DNA of 38,531 bases from the IMG/VR virus record IMGVR_UViG_3300037706_000069, positions 1-38,531 of that record. One strand, written 5' to 3'. A program made the translations under genes and the position numbers. The stretch comes from a virus. Its lineage: Duplodnaviria > Caudoviricetes. The notes below the pieces were generated by a model that saw only the letters and a list, made by a program, of their open reading frames with translations, ran no database searches and had not been told where the DNA came from. Each line of letters opens with the position of its first letter. Position 1 is the stretch's first letter. Below are positions 8,660 through 17,020 of this stretch, in pieces.

Positions 8660-9077
8660 TGAGCCACGCTACCCGTGGGATTCCCACGGCGCTAGGTGTC
8701 CTGACCTGGGCAAACGCGCCCGTGGCGGGGCGGGATCGGCCCGCTCGGTCTTCATTGCCTGCCATCGATACGGGCATATCTGGGCATAGCAGGTCAGCGG
8801 TCACTCTCCGTAGGTCATGCGGTCAGTGTCTACTGTGGCGCTCATCCATTACGTACGTGGGATGACCACGGGCAGCGTGGGATTCTGGCTGACCGGATGA
8901 GTAGCAAACCCGGACATGCCGGGCCGTGATCAACAAGTGTCCAAATCATCGGACATGTCGACCGGGGCAGGGGACGAAACAGGCTCTACACAGCGTGACA
9001 TTCGATCGACCTGCGTGGCCGCACTCGCCCAGGCGTGCTAATCCCACAGATGGCGTAGCATCCGTGGGATGGACACC
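8660..9077. promoter_or_regulatory. Divergent promoter region with four GTG-N7-CAC operator-like sites
   Basis: CGTGGGATTCCCACG 8674-8688, CGTGGGATGACCACG 8856-8870, CGTGCTAATCCCACA 9034-9048, CGTGGGATGGACACC 9063-9077; -10-like TAGCAT at 9056-9061 and TAGCGT on the minus strand. Confidence 0.7.
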
Positions 9078-9332
9078 CGGGCGCAGTTCGACCGCGACGC
9101 CGCCAACCTCCGCAAGCGCACCGGGTACGCCCGGGCGCTCCGGATCGCCATGGCCGCCGCCGACGTCTCCGGCGCCGAACTGGGCCGCCGCCTGGGGATG
9201 ACCCCCGCCGCCGGCGCCGAGTGGGTCCGCCGCCGTACCCGTGGCCAGGTGGCCTCCACCACGGACGACCTGGAGCGCATCGCCACCGCGCTTGGCTGCA
9301 GGGTGCGCGACCTGCTCCCCGCAGACCGGTGA
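9069..9332 (+). CDS. XRE-family HTH transcriptional regulator (87 aa)
   Basis: SGAELGRRLG...DDLERIATALGCRVRDLLP; probably leaderless. Confidence 0.85.
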   Translation: MDTRAQFDRDAANLRKRTGYARALRIAMAAADVSGAELGRRLGMTPAAGAEWVRRRTRGQVASTTDDLERIATALGCRVRDLLPADR

Positions 9333-9420
9333 CCCCCACCGCCGCAGCCGTCGCGACGGGCCGGGGCCGGGACATCACCCGGACGGAGCGTAACCCGGCC
9401 GGCCCCGGGGCGTTGGGCCC

Positions 9421-9450
9421 TCTGTCCCTCCCCGGCCGGAGAGGGACAGA
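9421..9450. terminator. Hairpin downstream of the XRE gene
   Basis: TCTGTCCCTC/GAGGGACAGA 10-bp stem. Confidence 0.5.
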
Positions 9451-9476
9451 CGGCGGGCAGGCCATGGGAAGAGGGC

Positions 9477-9761
9477 GTGACCATGATCCGTGCCGGCGAA
9501 CCCACCGCGATCTACATCCCCCAGCACGGCCCGGCCGCCGCCCGGGCGCTCCGCCGGCTCACCACCGCCACCGCCGCCCATGGGCTGGCAGTGGTGGACA
9601 TCGTGTGGTCCTGGCGCGACCTGGTGCAGCTGCTCGCCAGCGGCGAGGTGCAGCTGGCGGTGGCCACCTCCGCCGCGGACCTGCCACCCGGCCGCCGCCC
9701 CCGGCTGGTCATGGCCGACCAGCTCCCTGCCCCTGGCCGCCCGCGCCGCTGGCTGCGGTGA
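9477..9761 (+). CDS. Small protein resembling a degenerate resolvase catalytic domain (94 aa)
   Basis: Pattern AIY...helix...GLAVVDI...LVQLLASGEVQLAVA; no YxRxS serine. Confidence 0.45.
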   Translation: MTMIRAGEPTAIYIPQHGPAAARALRRLTTATAAHGLAVVDIVWSWRDLVQLLASGEVQLAVATSAADLPPGRRPRLVMADQLPAPGRPRRWLR

Positions 9762-10566
9762 CCGGCGGCAGCGCCAGCACCGCCGCCCGCCGGGACCGGT
9801 CCGAGACCGCCGTGTAGACCGCGGTGGTCGCCGGGGAGGCGTGGCCGAGCAGCTCCTGCGTCACCCGCAGGTCCCCGCTGGCGGCCTGCCACCAGGTGCC
9901 CGCCCAGTGCCTCAGCCGGTGCGCGGTCACCTGGCCCAGCCCGATCCGGTCGCACGTGCGGGCGATCCTCGAGGACACGTAGCGGGCCGCGCAGCCGGCG
10001 ACCGGCCCGGGCGGCAGCGCCGCGACGGCCCGCCACACCTCGGGGTGGGTCGGCACCGCCCGGTCCCGGTCGCCCTTGCCGTGGACGTAGACGACCTGCT
10101 CGGTGACGTCGGCCCGGTCGAGCCGGGAGATCTCCACGCAGCGGAGCCCGGCGTAGGCGGCGAGCAGGCACCAGGTGCGGACCGGCTCGCCGGCGGCGGC
10201 CAGGACCCCCGCGAGCTCGGCGTGGCTGACCGGCCGGGGCAGCCCGCGGCGCTGCCGTGGCACGGGAAGCCCGGCCATCGGGTCCTCGGCCAGCCGGCCG
10301 GTGGCCACCGCCCACCGGTACAGGCCCCGGAGGGCCACGGCGTAGGTGGCCCTGGTGTTGCGGGCGGTGTGGCCGGCGAGCCACTCCGCGATGTCGTCGG
10401 CGTCGGAGAGCAGCCCGTGCGGGAGGGCGGAGGCGGCGCGGGTGAGGGGGGTGCGGTAGGTGCGGATGGTGGTCGGGGGGTGGCCGGCCAGCCGCAGGTG
10501 CGCGGTGTAGGCGTCGATCTGGGCGAGGTCGTCGGGCACGGGTCCAGGGTGGGGGGCGTGGGTCAT
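9709..10566 (-). CDS. int: Tyrosine recombinase / integrase (XerC/D-like, 285 aa)
   Basis: Catalytic motifs AGLRCVEI, HGKG, HRLRH, LGHAS..T..Y; ATG overlaps the repressor stop. Confidence 0.9.
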   Translation of the reverse strand: MTHAPHPGPVPDDLAQIDAYTAHLRLAGHPPTTIRTYRTPLTRAASALPHGLLSDADDIAEWLAGHTARNTRATYAVALRGLYRWAVATGRLAEDPMAGLPVPRQRRGLPRPVSHAELAGVLAAAGEPVRTWCLLAAYAGLRCVEISRLDRADVTEQVVYVHGKGDRDRAVPTHPEVWRAVAALPPGPVAGCAARYVSSRIARTCDRIGLGQVTAHRLRHWAGTWWQAASGDLRVTQELLGHASPATTAVYTAVSDRSRRAAVLALPPVTAASGAGGQGQGAGRP

Positions 10567-11003
10567 CCTGTCGCCTGGTCGTGGAGCCAGGCCTGGCGGC
10601 GGGGCCGGCCGGTGGTGGTGGCGGCGGCGGCGCGGGCGGGTCGGCCGGCCGGGCAGGGGTGGGGCCGGCTGGCCGGGTGGGTGGTGGGGTGGTGGCCGGG
10701 TGCGGGCTGGGCCGTCCGGGTGGCGGTGGCGGCCGTGTGGGCGACGTGGTTCGATTGACGCATAACACCGCCCTCTGGTCGTGCTGGCCGTGGCAGGAGG
10801 TCGATGATCTCCACGCCGAGTGCTTTGGCGATCCGCTCCAGGTCGTTCAGGTCGATCGCGGTCGTTCCGGTGAGCCGGTAGCTGACCCACGATCGTGAGA
10901 CCTGCAGCTGGGCGGCCAGGTCTCGGCCGGTGACCCGGCGTCGGGCCAGGACGGCCCGGATCTCAGCGGCCACGTAGCCGCTCAGCGTCTGAGTATCATC
11001 CAT
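10563..11003 (-). CDS. Immunity repressor (CI-like XRE HTH) with low-complexity C-terminal tail
   Basis: AEIRAVLARRRVTGRDLAAQLQVSRSWVSYRLTG...DLERIAKALGV; divergent from the Cro-like gene, upstream of int. Confidence 0.85.
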   Translation of the reverse strand: MDDTQTLSGYVAAEIRAVLARRRVTGRDLAAQLQVSRSWVSYRLTGTTAIDLNDLERIAKALGVEIIDLLPRPARPEGGVMRQSNHVAHTAATATRTAQPAPGHHPTTHPASRPHPCPAGRPARAAAATTTGRPRRQAWLHDQATG

Positions 11004-11140
11004 GCCGTGATGATCGCACAGTTTTTGTGCATGCGTCTAGACCGGTAGATCGAGTCGCGGGTCATCCGAATGGGTGGGTTCTGCCTGACGCCCGAGGTCT
11101 CATGTTGACAAGTTCACGGAATCCGTGACACTGTTGCGTG
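11004..11140. promoter_or_regulatory. CI/Cro divergent promoter-operator region
   Basis: TTGACA 11105-11110 plus CACTGT 11129-11134; CAC-N7-GTG palindromes TCACGGAATCCGTGA (11114-11128) and GCACAGTTTTTGTGC (11016-11030), each in a promoter spacer. Confidence 0.75.
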
Positions 11141-11386
11141 ATGACCCTCCCAGACACGGCAAGCCTGACCGGCCGGGCGTTGGCTGAGATCCGGGCCGAG
11201 CTCGGCCGCCAGAACCTCACCCGGGTGGACCTCGCCAACCGCCTGGGGGTGGAGCGGAACTGGGTCCACTACCGGCTCGCAGGTGAGACCAGCCTGCGGC
11301 TGGTGGACGTCGAACGCATCGCGGAGGCGCTCCACGTGCCGGTGGGCAGGTTCCTACCCACCGCAACGACCCCGGCCGGCGGCTGA
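11141..11386 (+). CDS. Cro-like XRE HTH protein
   Basis: AEIRAELGRQNLTRVDLANRLG...DVERIAEAL; first gene of the early operon. Confidence 0.85.
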   Translation: MTLPDTASLTGRALAEIRAELGRQNLTRVDLANRLGVERNWVHYRLAGETSLRLVDVERIAEALHVPVGRFLPTATTPAGG

Positions 11387-11389
11387 CCC

Positions 11390-11827
11390 ATGGCTGGGCA
11401 CCCGCACCCGGGCCGGTGGCTCACCGCCGCCGCCAGCCTCGCCGCGGCCGGGCTCGCCGCGGCCGGGCTGGCCACCCTCGTCACGGTCGCCCTCGCCCTG
11501 ACCGGCCGCGGCGAGGCCCCGGAGCCTGGCTGCGGCCCGGCCGTGCACCCCGCGCCCGCGGCCACCACCAGCCGGCGGCACCGGCACCCCGACCAGCGTG
11601 ACCGGCCCGACTCCCACCCGCCCCGGCTCGGCGCGCACCACCTGGCCGCGGAGCCGTTCGCCGGCGCCACCGTGCCCGCCGCGGAGCTGGTGCCCAACCT
11701 GCGCGGCGGCGGCCGGGAGAAACCCGGCGAGCGCGGCGGGGCCAGGGCCACCTCGATGACCGGCTACGCCGCCGCCGCCATGGCCGCCGCCGCGCTGCTC
11801 TGCGTCTGCGGGAACTGGCCATGGTGA
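11390..11827 (+). CDS. Hypothetical membrane protein
   Basis: Fills the gap in the operon; N-terminal hydrophobic segment; frame of the 3' half uncertain. Confidence 0.4.
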   Translation: MAGHPHPGRWLTAAASLAAAGLAAAGLATLVTVALALTGRGEAPEPGCGPAVHPAPAATTSRRHRHPDQRDRPDSHPPRLGAHHLAAEPFAGATVPAAELVPNLRGGGREKPGERGGARATSMTGYAAAAMAAAALLCVCGNWPW

Positions 11828-12066
11828 CCCGCGTGGTGGACCTGCCCCTGCTGGTCCTGGCCGTCGCCGCCGCCGCGGGCGCCACCGTCGGGACCGCGGT
11901 CGTGACCGTGGCCTGGGCCACCATCAGCGGCCTGCCCGCCGTCACCGTCGCCACGCTGATGCTGCTGCCGCTGCTGGCGGCCTCCTCATCAGCCGTCGCG
12001 GTCATGCTCAGCCCCCGCCCGGCCCGCGGCGCGGCAGCCCCTGGACGGCTCCGCGCCGGCCCCTGA
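11821..12066 (+). CDS. Hypothetical membrane protein (2 TM)
   Basis: Hydrophobic 81-aa ORF overlapping the previous stop. Confidence 0.5.
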   Translation: MVTRVVDLPLLVLAVAAAAGATVGTAVVTVAWATISGLPAVTVATLMLLPLLAASSSAVAVMLSPRPARGAAAPGRLRAGP

Positions 12067-12074
12067 CAAGCAAA

Positions 12075-12106
12075 GGCCCCGCACCGGTACTGGCCGGTGC
12101 GGGGCC
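12075..12106 (+). terminator. 13-bp hairpin immediately before an RBS
   Basis: GGCCCCGCACCGG/CCGGTGCGGGGCC followed by AGGAAAGGAG. Confidence 0.55.
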
Positions 12107-12121
12107 AGGAAAGGAGCTGCT

Positions 12122-12691
12122 GTGACACACACCCTACACGCCCCGCACGCCCCGCCGGTGTGGTGGCATGCCGGCACCACCCGGGCCCAGCTGGCCGCGG
12201 TCCTGCGCTGGGCCCGCGCCGCCGGCTGGACCCGGGAGACCGGCCCCCGCCGTGGCTGGGCCGCCCCGGACGGGTCCGCCGTGGTGGAGGCTGACACCGC
12301 CACCGGTGAGCTCGGCGTGCACTACGACCCGGCCAGGCCGGCGCCGACCTGGTACCAGGCCGCCACCGTCGCCCAGGCGGTCGAGCAGCTCGTCACGCTC
12401 GGTCTGCTGCCGGTGGAGCTGTCCCCGTGCTACGCCTCCGGCTGGGCCGAGGGCTGGCACGGCGCGCAGCTGCGGCAGGACACGGTGCTGGTGCAGCAGG
12501 CCACCCGCACGGGTGAGCTGGGCCGGCTGCTCGGCCGGGTGCAGGTCGCAGCCTGGTGTCTGGCCGGGGACGACCAGAGCGGGCTGGCGACGGTGCGGGA
12601 GGTCCTGGCCGCCGCCGGGTGGGGGGACCCGGCCGCGGAGATGGTCGCCGCGCACGGCGAGGCCGGCCTGCGGGTCGGGGGGCGGTCGTGA
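12122..12691 (+). CDS. Hypothetical protein (189 aa)
   Basis: Strong RBS; GC3-biased codons. Confidence 0.65.
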   Translation: MTHTLHAPHAPPVWWHAGTTRAQLAAVLRWARAAGWTRETGPRRGWAAPDGSAVVEADTATGELGVHYDPARPAPTWYQAATVAQAVEQLVTLGLLPVELSPCYASGWAEGWHGAQLRQDTVLVQQATRTGELGRLLGRVQVAAWCLAGDDQSGLATVREVLAAAGWGDPAAEMVAAHGEAGLRVGGRS

Positions 12692-12984
12692 CCGGGCTGA
12701 GCGGGCTGGCCCTGCTGAACCTCGGCGGCCTGCTGCTGGTGGTGACCGGCGCGGCCGCCACCACCCTGCTGGTGGTGCGTGGCCGGGTGCTGGTGTGGCG
12801 GGCCCGGGCGGAGGCCGCGGAGGAGGCGCTGGCACGGCTGCGCGCCCAGCGGCGGCAGCGCCGCCAGCCGGGCCCGCTGGACGGCCTGTTCGAAGCCGCG
12901 GCGGAGGCGGAGACGGTCCTGGGCCGTGCTGAGACGGCCACGACCCGGGTGCTCACCCACGAGCTCAGGAGGTGGCCGTGGTGA
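12688..12984 (+). CDS. Hypothetical membrane protein (98 aa)
   Basis: GTGA overlap; N-terminal TM plus coiled coil. Confidence 0.6.
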   Translation: MTGLSGLALLNLGGLLLVVTGAAATTLLVVRGRVLVWRARAEAAEEALARLRAQRRQRRQPGPLDGLFEAAAEAETVLGRAETATTRVLTHELRRWPW

Positions 12985-13151
12985 GCCCGGCGGGGGGGAG
13001 GTTCCGCCTGCCCCATCCCCTGCGGGCCCGTGCCGCCCGCAGGCAGGCGGAGGCCCGGCGGCTGGCCGAGCTGGCCCGCCGTGCCGGCCTGACCCGCCGC
13101 ACCTCCTCAGACTGGACCGCCGAGCACGAGCGGCGGAGGTGGACCCGGTGA
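12981..13151 (+). CDS. Hypothetical basic protein (56 aa)
   Basis: GTGA overlaps on both sides; MSPAGGRFRLPHPLRAR... Confidence 0.5.
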   Translation: MSPAGGRFRLPHPLRARAARRQAEARRLAELARRAGLTRRTSSDWTAEHERRRWTR

Positions 13152-13540
13152 GCCCGGCGGCCAGCCCGGCGGCCCTGGCCTGGCAGCACACCGCCGCCTG
13201 CCGGGACGCCGACCCGGAGCTGTTCTTCCCGCTGGGCCAGGAGGGTGGCCCGGCCTACCGGGCCGCGGCCGCGGCCGCCAAGGCCGTCTGCGCCGGCTGC
13301 CCGGTCACCAGGCAGTGCCTGGCCTGGGCGGAGGAGGTGGGCGACGGGTGGGCCGTGCTGGGCGGTCTCGCGCCGGGCGAGCGCCACCAGCGGGCGGCCG
13401 CTGGCCGGCCCCGCCGGCGCCGCCTCCGCTGCACCAGGTGCGGCCAGCAGTTCTGGACCCAGCACGGCCGCTACTGCAGCCCGTACTGCCGCCGGGCCGC
13501 CCGCTGGGCCCGGCAGGAGGAGGAGGTGCGCGCATGCTGA
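13148..13540 (+). CDS. whiB: WhiB-family transcription factor with an extra C-terminal Zn-finger
   Basis: W..AAC...DPELFF...AKAVCAGCPV..QCL...VLGG...ER, then CTRC...YCSPYC. Confidence 0.85.
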   Translation: MSPAASPAALAWQHTAACRDADPELFFPLGQEGGPAYRAAAAAAKAVCAGCPVTRQCLAWAEEVGDGWAVLGGLAPGERHQRAAAGRPRRRRLRCTRCGQQFWTQHGRYCSPYCRRAARWARQEEEVRAC

Positions 13541-14019
13541 CCGGAGACCTGCTGCTGGCCCTGGCGCTCAGCCCGGCCGCCGCCGCCGCGGTGCTGGCGG
13601 CCGGCTGGGCGGTGGCCTGGGCCCTCGACCGGGGCCGGCCAGCCGGCCCCGGGTGGGCACCCGGGGAACTGCCCAGCCTGCCCACCCCCCCTGCCCACCC
13701 CCGCCCGGCGGGGACGCACCGCGTCCACGCGGGCCGCGCCACCCGCGCACACGAGCTCGTCGCCGACGCCCGCCCCGGGTATCAGGCGCGGCACGGCTTC
13801 GCCGAGGTGCCACCGTCGCTCGTGGCACCGCTGCAGCTGATGGACCCGGTGCAACGGGCGCGGGAGCTGGTGCGGCAGCTGGGGCAGTCCGGCTGGTGGC
13901 CCTACGCCGACCAGCTAGACGCGCGGGTCCGGATCCGGGCGCGCGCGTGGGCGATCGCCCACCGGCACGGAATCCGCCCCCTGCTCGGCACCTTCCAGCT
14001 GCAAGGAGTCCTCCCATGA
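13534..14019 (+). CDS. Hypothetical protein with N-terminal TM
   Basis: RBS GGAGG; overlaps neighbours. Confidence 0.55.
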   Translation: MLTGDLLLALALSPAAAAAVLAAGWAVAWALDRGRPAGPGWAPGELPSLPTPPAHPRPAGTHRVHAGRATRAHELVADARPGYQARHGFAEVPPSLVAPLQLMDPVQRARELVRQLGQSGWWPYADQLDARVRIRARAWAIAHRHGIRPLLGTFQLQGVLP

Positions 14020-15059
14020 TCACCAAGGAGCAGTACGACTTCTTGACTCGGCCGCTCGACCCGGGCCGGGTCGGGCAGCGGCAGGGCCAGTCACACCTGG
14101 AAGCGTGGGACGTGCGCCGGCACCTGATCCGGGTGTTCGGGTTCGGTGGCTTCGACATCGAGACGATCCGGAGCGAGCTAGTCCGGGAGATCGAGTCTCC
14201 GCCCGGCACCATCACCTTCCGCAACAAGGACGGCGAACGTACGAACCACCGAACTGTGTGGACGGTAGTCTACCGGGCTGAGGTACGGCTCAGCATCAAG
14301 GCACCAGACGGCGCTGTCATCGCCCGGTACGAGGACGGCGCCACCGGGGACGCCAACAACCTGCCAACGTGCGGCGACGCTCACGACTTCGCCCTGAAAA
14401 CTGCCCTGTCGCAGGCTCTTAAGCGTTGCGCGACCAACCTCGGCGATGCGTTCGGTTTGGGCCTCTACAATGGTGGCCGGACGGATGCGGTGGTGCTGCG
14501 GTCGCTGGTCGTCCCGGACGGGGTCCAGGCGGCGGCCCCGCCGGCGCAGGAGACGCCGGTGCAGCCCGAACCGGCGCGGGTGGAGGCGGAGCCCGCTGTG
14601 GAGGTGGCGACTCCGGCCGCACCGGTGCCGAACCAGGTCCGGGACTGGGCGCTCCAGCCCGACCGGACCCCGGACGGGCTGGAGTCCGCCTGCCAGCGGC
14701 TGCAGGCTAAGCACCCGCAGGTTGCCGCGGTCGAGGTCACCAACGAGCACGGGGACCCGGAGCAGCTGCAGGTGCTGATGTTGCGCCGGGCCCGGGAGCT
14801 GGCTCCCGCCGGCGGGCAGACCGAGCCGCAGCAGAGCGCGGAGGAACGCCGCCGCAAGCGGATGCAGGCCCTGCTCGGCGAACTCGGCTACCAGAAGCGG
14901 GAGGAGCGGCTCGGCTACCTGTCGCTGGTCCTCGGCCGCGACATCGACACCAGCAAGGACCTGCGGTGGCCCCGCGAGGTGGAGCAGATCATCGCCGCCC
15001 TGGAACGCCAGCAGCGCCAGCCCCAGCAGCAGCCGCAGCCGGAAGGAGTGCCGGCATGA
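14016..15059 (+). CDS. Rad52/22-family (Sak-like) single-strand annealing protein
   Basis: SHLEAWDVRRHLIRVFGFGG...A.KTA.SQALKRCA.NLGD.FGL.LY. Confidence 0.85.
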   Translation: MITKEQYDFLTRPLDPGRVGQRQGQSHLEAWDVRRHLIRVFGFGGFDIETIRSELVREIESPPGTITFRNKDGERTNHRTVWTVVYRAEVRLSIKAPDGAVIARYEDGATGDANNLPTCGDAHDFALKTALSQALKRCATNLGDAFGLGLYNGGRTDAVVLRSLVVPDGVQAAAPPAQETPVQPEPARVEAEPAVEVATPAAPVPNQVRDWALQPDRTPDGLESACQRLQAKHPQVAAVEVTNEHGDPEQLQVLMLRRARELAPAGGQTEPQQSAEERRRKRMQALLGELGYQKREERLGYLSLVLGRDIDTSKDLRWPREVEQIIAALERQQRQPQQQPQPEGVPA

Positions 15060-17020
15060 GCCTGACCCCGACGGCCGAGCAGCAGGCCATCATCGACGCA
15101 TTCCGGACCGGTGACAACCTGGTCATCGAGGCCGGCGCCGGCACAGGCAAGACCTCCACGCTGAAGCTGCTGGCCGCCGAGGCTCCCCGGCAGAGGGGCG
15201 TCTACATCGCCTACAACCGGGCGATCGCCAGCGACGCCCAACGCAGCTTCCCGGCCTGGGTGACGTGCAAGACCGCCCACTCGTTCGCCTACGGCGCGGT
15301 CGGTAAGCACTACAGTCACCGGCTGAACGGGCCACGGCTACCCGCCCAACGAACCGCTCAGATCCTGGGTCTGCGTGAGCCGGTGAAGGTGGGCGAGGTC
15401 GTGTTGTCGCCGCACCAGCTGGCCCGCCTGGTCGGCGAGACCCTGTCCCGTTTCTGCTACGGCGCCGCCGAGCAGGTCCGCCGCAGCCACGTCCCGGCCG
15501 TGAACGGGCTGGACCGGCCGGGGCAGGCCGAGCTGGCGGGCTATCTGGTGCCTGTCGCCCAGCGCGCCTGGGACCAGGACATCACCCAGGGCAGCGGAGA
15601 GCTCCGGTTCACCCACGACCACTACCTGAAGATGTGGACGCTGTCCCGGCCGCAGCTGCCCGCCGACTACGTGCTCCTGGACGAAGCCCAGGACTCGAAT
15701 GGGTGCGTGGCCGGGCTGGTCGAAGACCAGCAGGCACAGCGGATCTGGGTAGGCGATAGATCTCAAGCCATCTATGGCTGGCGGGGGGCTCTGGACGCGA
15801 TGGAGCACGCCCAAGGCCGGCGGCTGCAGCTGTCGCAGAGCTTCCGATTCGGACCGGCGATCGCCACCGAGGCCAACAAGTGGCTGACCATCTTGGACGC
15901 CCCGCTGCGGCTGGTCGGCTACGACCAGCTCGCCTCCCGGGTGGAGCGGCTGGAGCAGCCGGATGCGGTGTTGTGCCGCACCAACGCGGGCGCGATCATC
16001 CAGGCGATCGCCGCGACCGGAGCTGGCCGCCGGCCGGCGTTGGTGGGCGGCGGGCAGGACATCCGGCGCATGGCCGAAGCCGCAGAGCAGCTGCAGCAGG
16101 GCCGCGGCACCTCCCACCCGGAGCTGTTCGCGTTCACCTCCTGGTCGGAGGTGCGTGCCTACGTCGAGCAGGAGGCGGAGGGCAGCGACCTGCGGGTGCT
16201 GGTCCGGCTGATTGACCAGCACGGGCCGCGGCAGTTGATGCGCATCGTCGACAGCTTGGCTGACGAGCGCTACGCCGACCTGGTCCTGTCGACCGCGCAC
16301 AAGGCGAAGGGCCGGGAGTGGCCGCGGGTCCGGATCAACGGCGACTTTCAGGAGCCGAAGCCAGGCGAGGATGGTGAACCGGGGGAGCCGGGTCGGGACG
16401 AGGCCATGTTGGCCTACGTCGCGGTGACCCGCGCCAAGCAGGTGCTGGACCGGACTGGGCTGGCTTGGATCGATAGTCTGGTTAGGCCGGAGCGGCGGCT
16501 GGCGGCGGCCGCCGAGGCCGCGCCGGTGGTCGACTCCGAAGTGGTGCCGCTAGAGGTTGAGCCGGTGGCGGCCGCGGCGGTTGTCGGCTACCTGGACGGG
16601 CAGACCCGGCAGGCACTGGCCGGGGTCCCGCCGTCTCCGCTCTGCCCTGGTTGCGGGACCCACGGGACGGTGGTGCCGGAGACGGCCCTGTGCGTGACGT
16701 GCACGACTGAGCACGTCTGGGCCGAGGTGGCGGCGGTGCGTGAGCAGCTCGGCCTGGCGGAGCAGGCCGTCCTGGAGCCGGCCGGGTTCGTCGGCTGGGC
16801 ACCGGCCACCGACGGGGAGGCGGTGTGGTTCCACCACAGCACGCCCGCCGCCGCGGCCGCGCCGGTGCTGGCCGTGCCGCACTGCCACCGCTGCGGCTCC
16901 GACGCCTGCCTGTGCGACCCGGACCGGGCCGCAGAGCATTCGGCCCGCTGCGGGGTGCCGGCGGGGCCGCGGCCGGCGCGGGAGGCCTGGGCCCGGGCGC
17001 AGCTGGCAGGTGCCCGGTGA
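15056..17020 (+). CDS. UvrD/Rep-like SF1 helicase with Cys-rich C-terminal extension
   Basis: AGAGTGKT, LLDEAQD, VGD..QAIYGWRGA, QSFRF, TAHKAKGREW, YVAVTRA. Confidence 0.9.
   Translation: MSLTPTAEQQAIIDAFRTGDNLVIEAGAGTGKTSTLKLLAAEAPRQRGVYIAYNRAIASDAQRSFPAWVTCKTAHSFAYGAVGKHYSHRLNGPRLPAQRTAQILGLREPVKVGEVVLSPHQLARLVGETLSRFCYGAAEQVRRSHVPAVNGLDRPGQAELAGYLVPVAQRAWDQDITQGSGELRFTHDHYLKMWTLSRPQLPADYVLLDEAQDSNGCVAGLVEDQQAQRIWVGDRSQAIYGWRGALDAMEHAQGRRLQLSQSFRFGPAIATEANKWLTILDAPLRLVGYDQLASRVERLEQPDAVLCRTNAGAIIQAIAATGAGRRPALVGGGQDIRRMAEAAEQLQQGRGTSHPELFAFTSWSEVRAYVEQEAEGSDLRVLVRLIDQHGPRQLMRIVDSLADERYADLVLSTAHKAKGREWPRVRINGDFQEPKPGEDGEPGEPGRDEAMLAYVAVTRAKQVLDRTGLAWIDSLVRPERRLAAAAEAAPVVDSEVVPLEVEPVAAAAVVGYLDGQTRQALAGVPPSPLCPGCGTHGTVVPETALCVTCTTEHVWAEVAAVREQLGLAEQAVLEPAGFVGWAPATDGEAVWFHHSTPAAAAAPVLAVPHCHRCGSDACLCDPDRAAEHSARCGVPAGPRPAREAWARAQLAGAR

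Noticed and set aside
8640-8830. Cluster of TGACCTG/CAGGTCA motifs as integrase arm sites
   Set aside because: The motif also occurs at about 23032, 30006 and 36810, and no core site was found, so it is not specific
10540-10740. G-rich tract with quadruplex potential
   Set aside because: Explained by Pro/His/Thr codons of the minus-strand repressor tail
10744-10762. GGTTCGATT resembling a tRNA T-loop (possible attP core or tRNA)
   Set aside because: The flanks do not form the 5-bp T-stem and no other tRNA arms are visible
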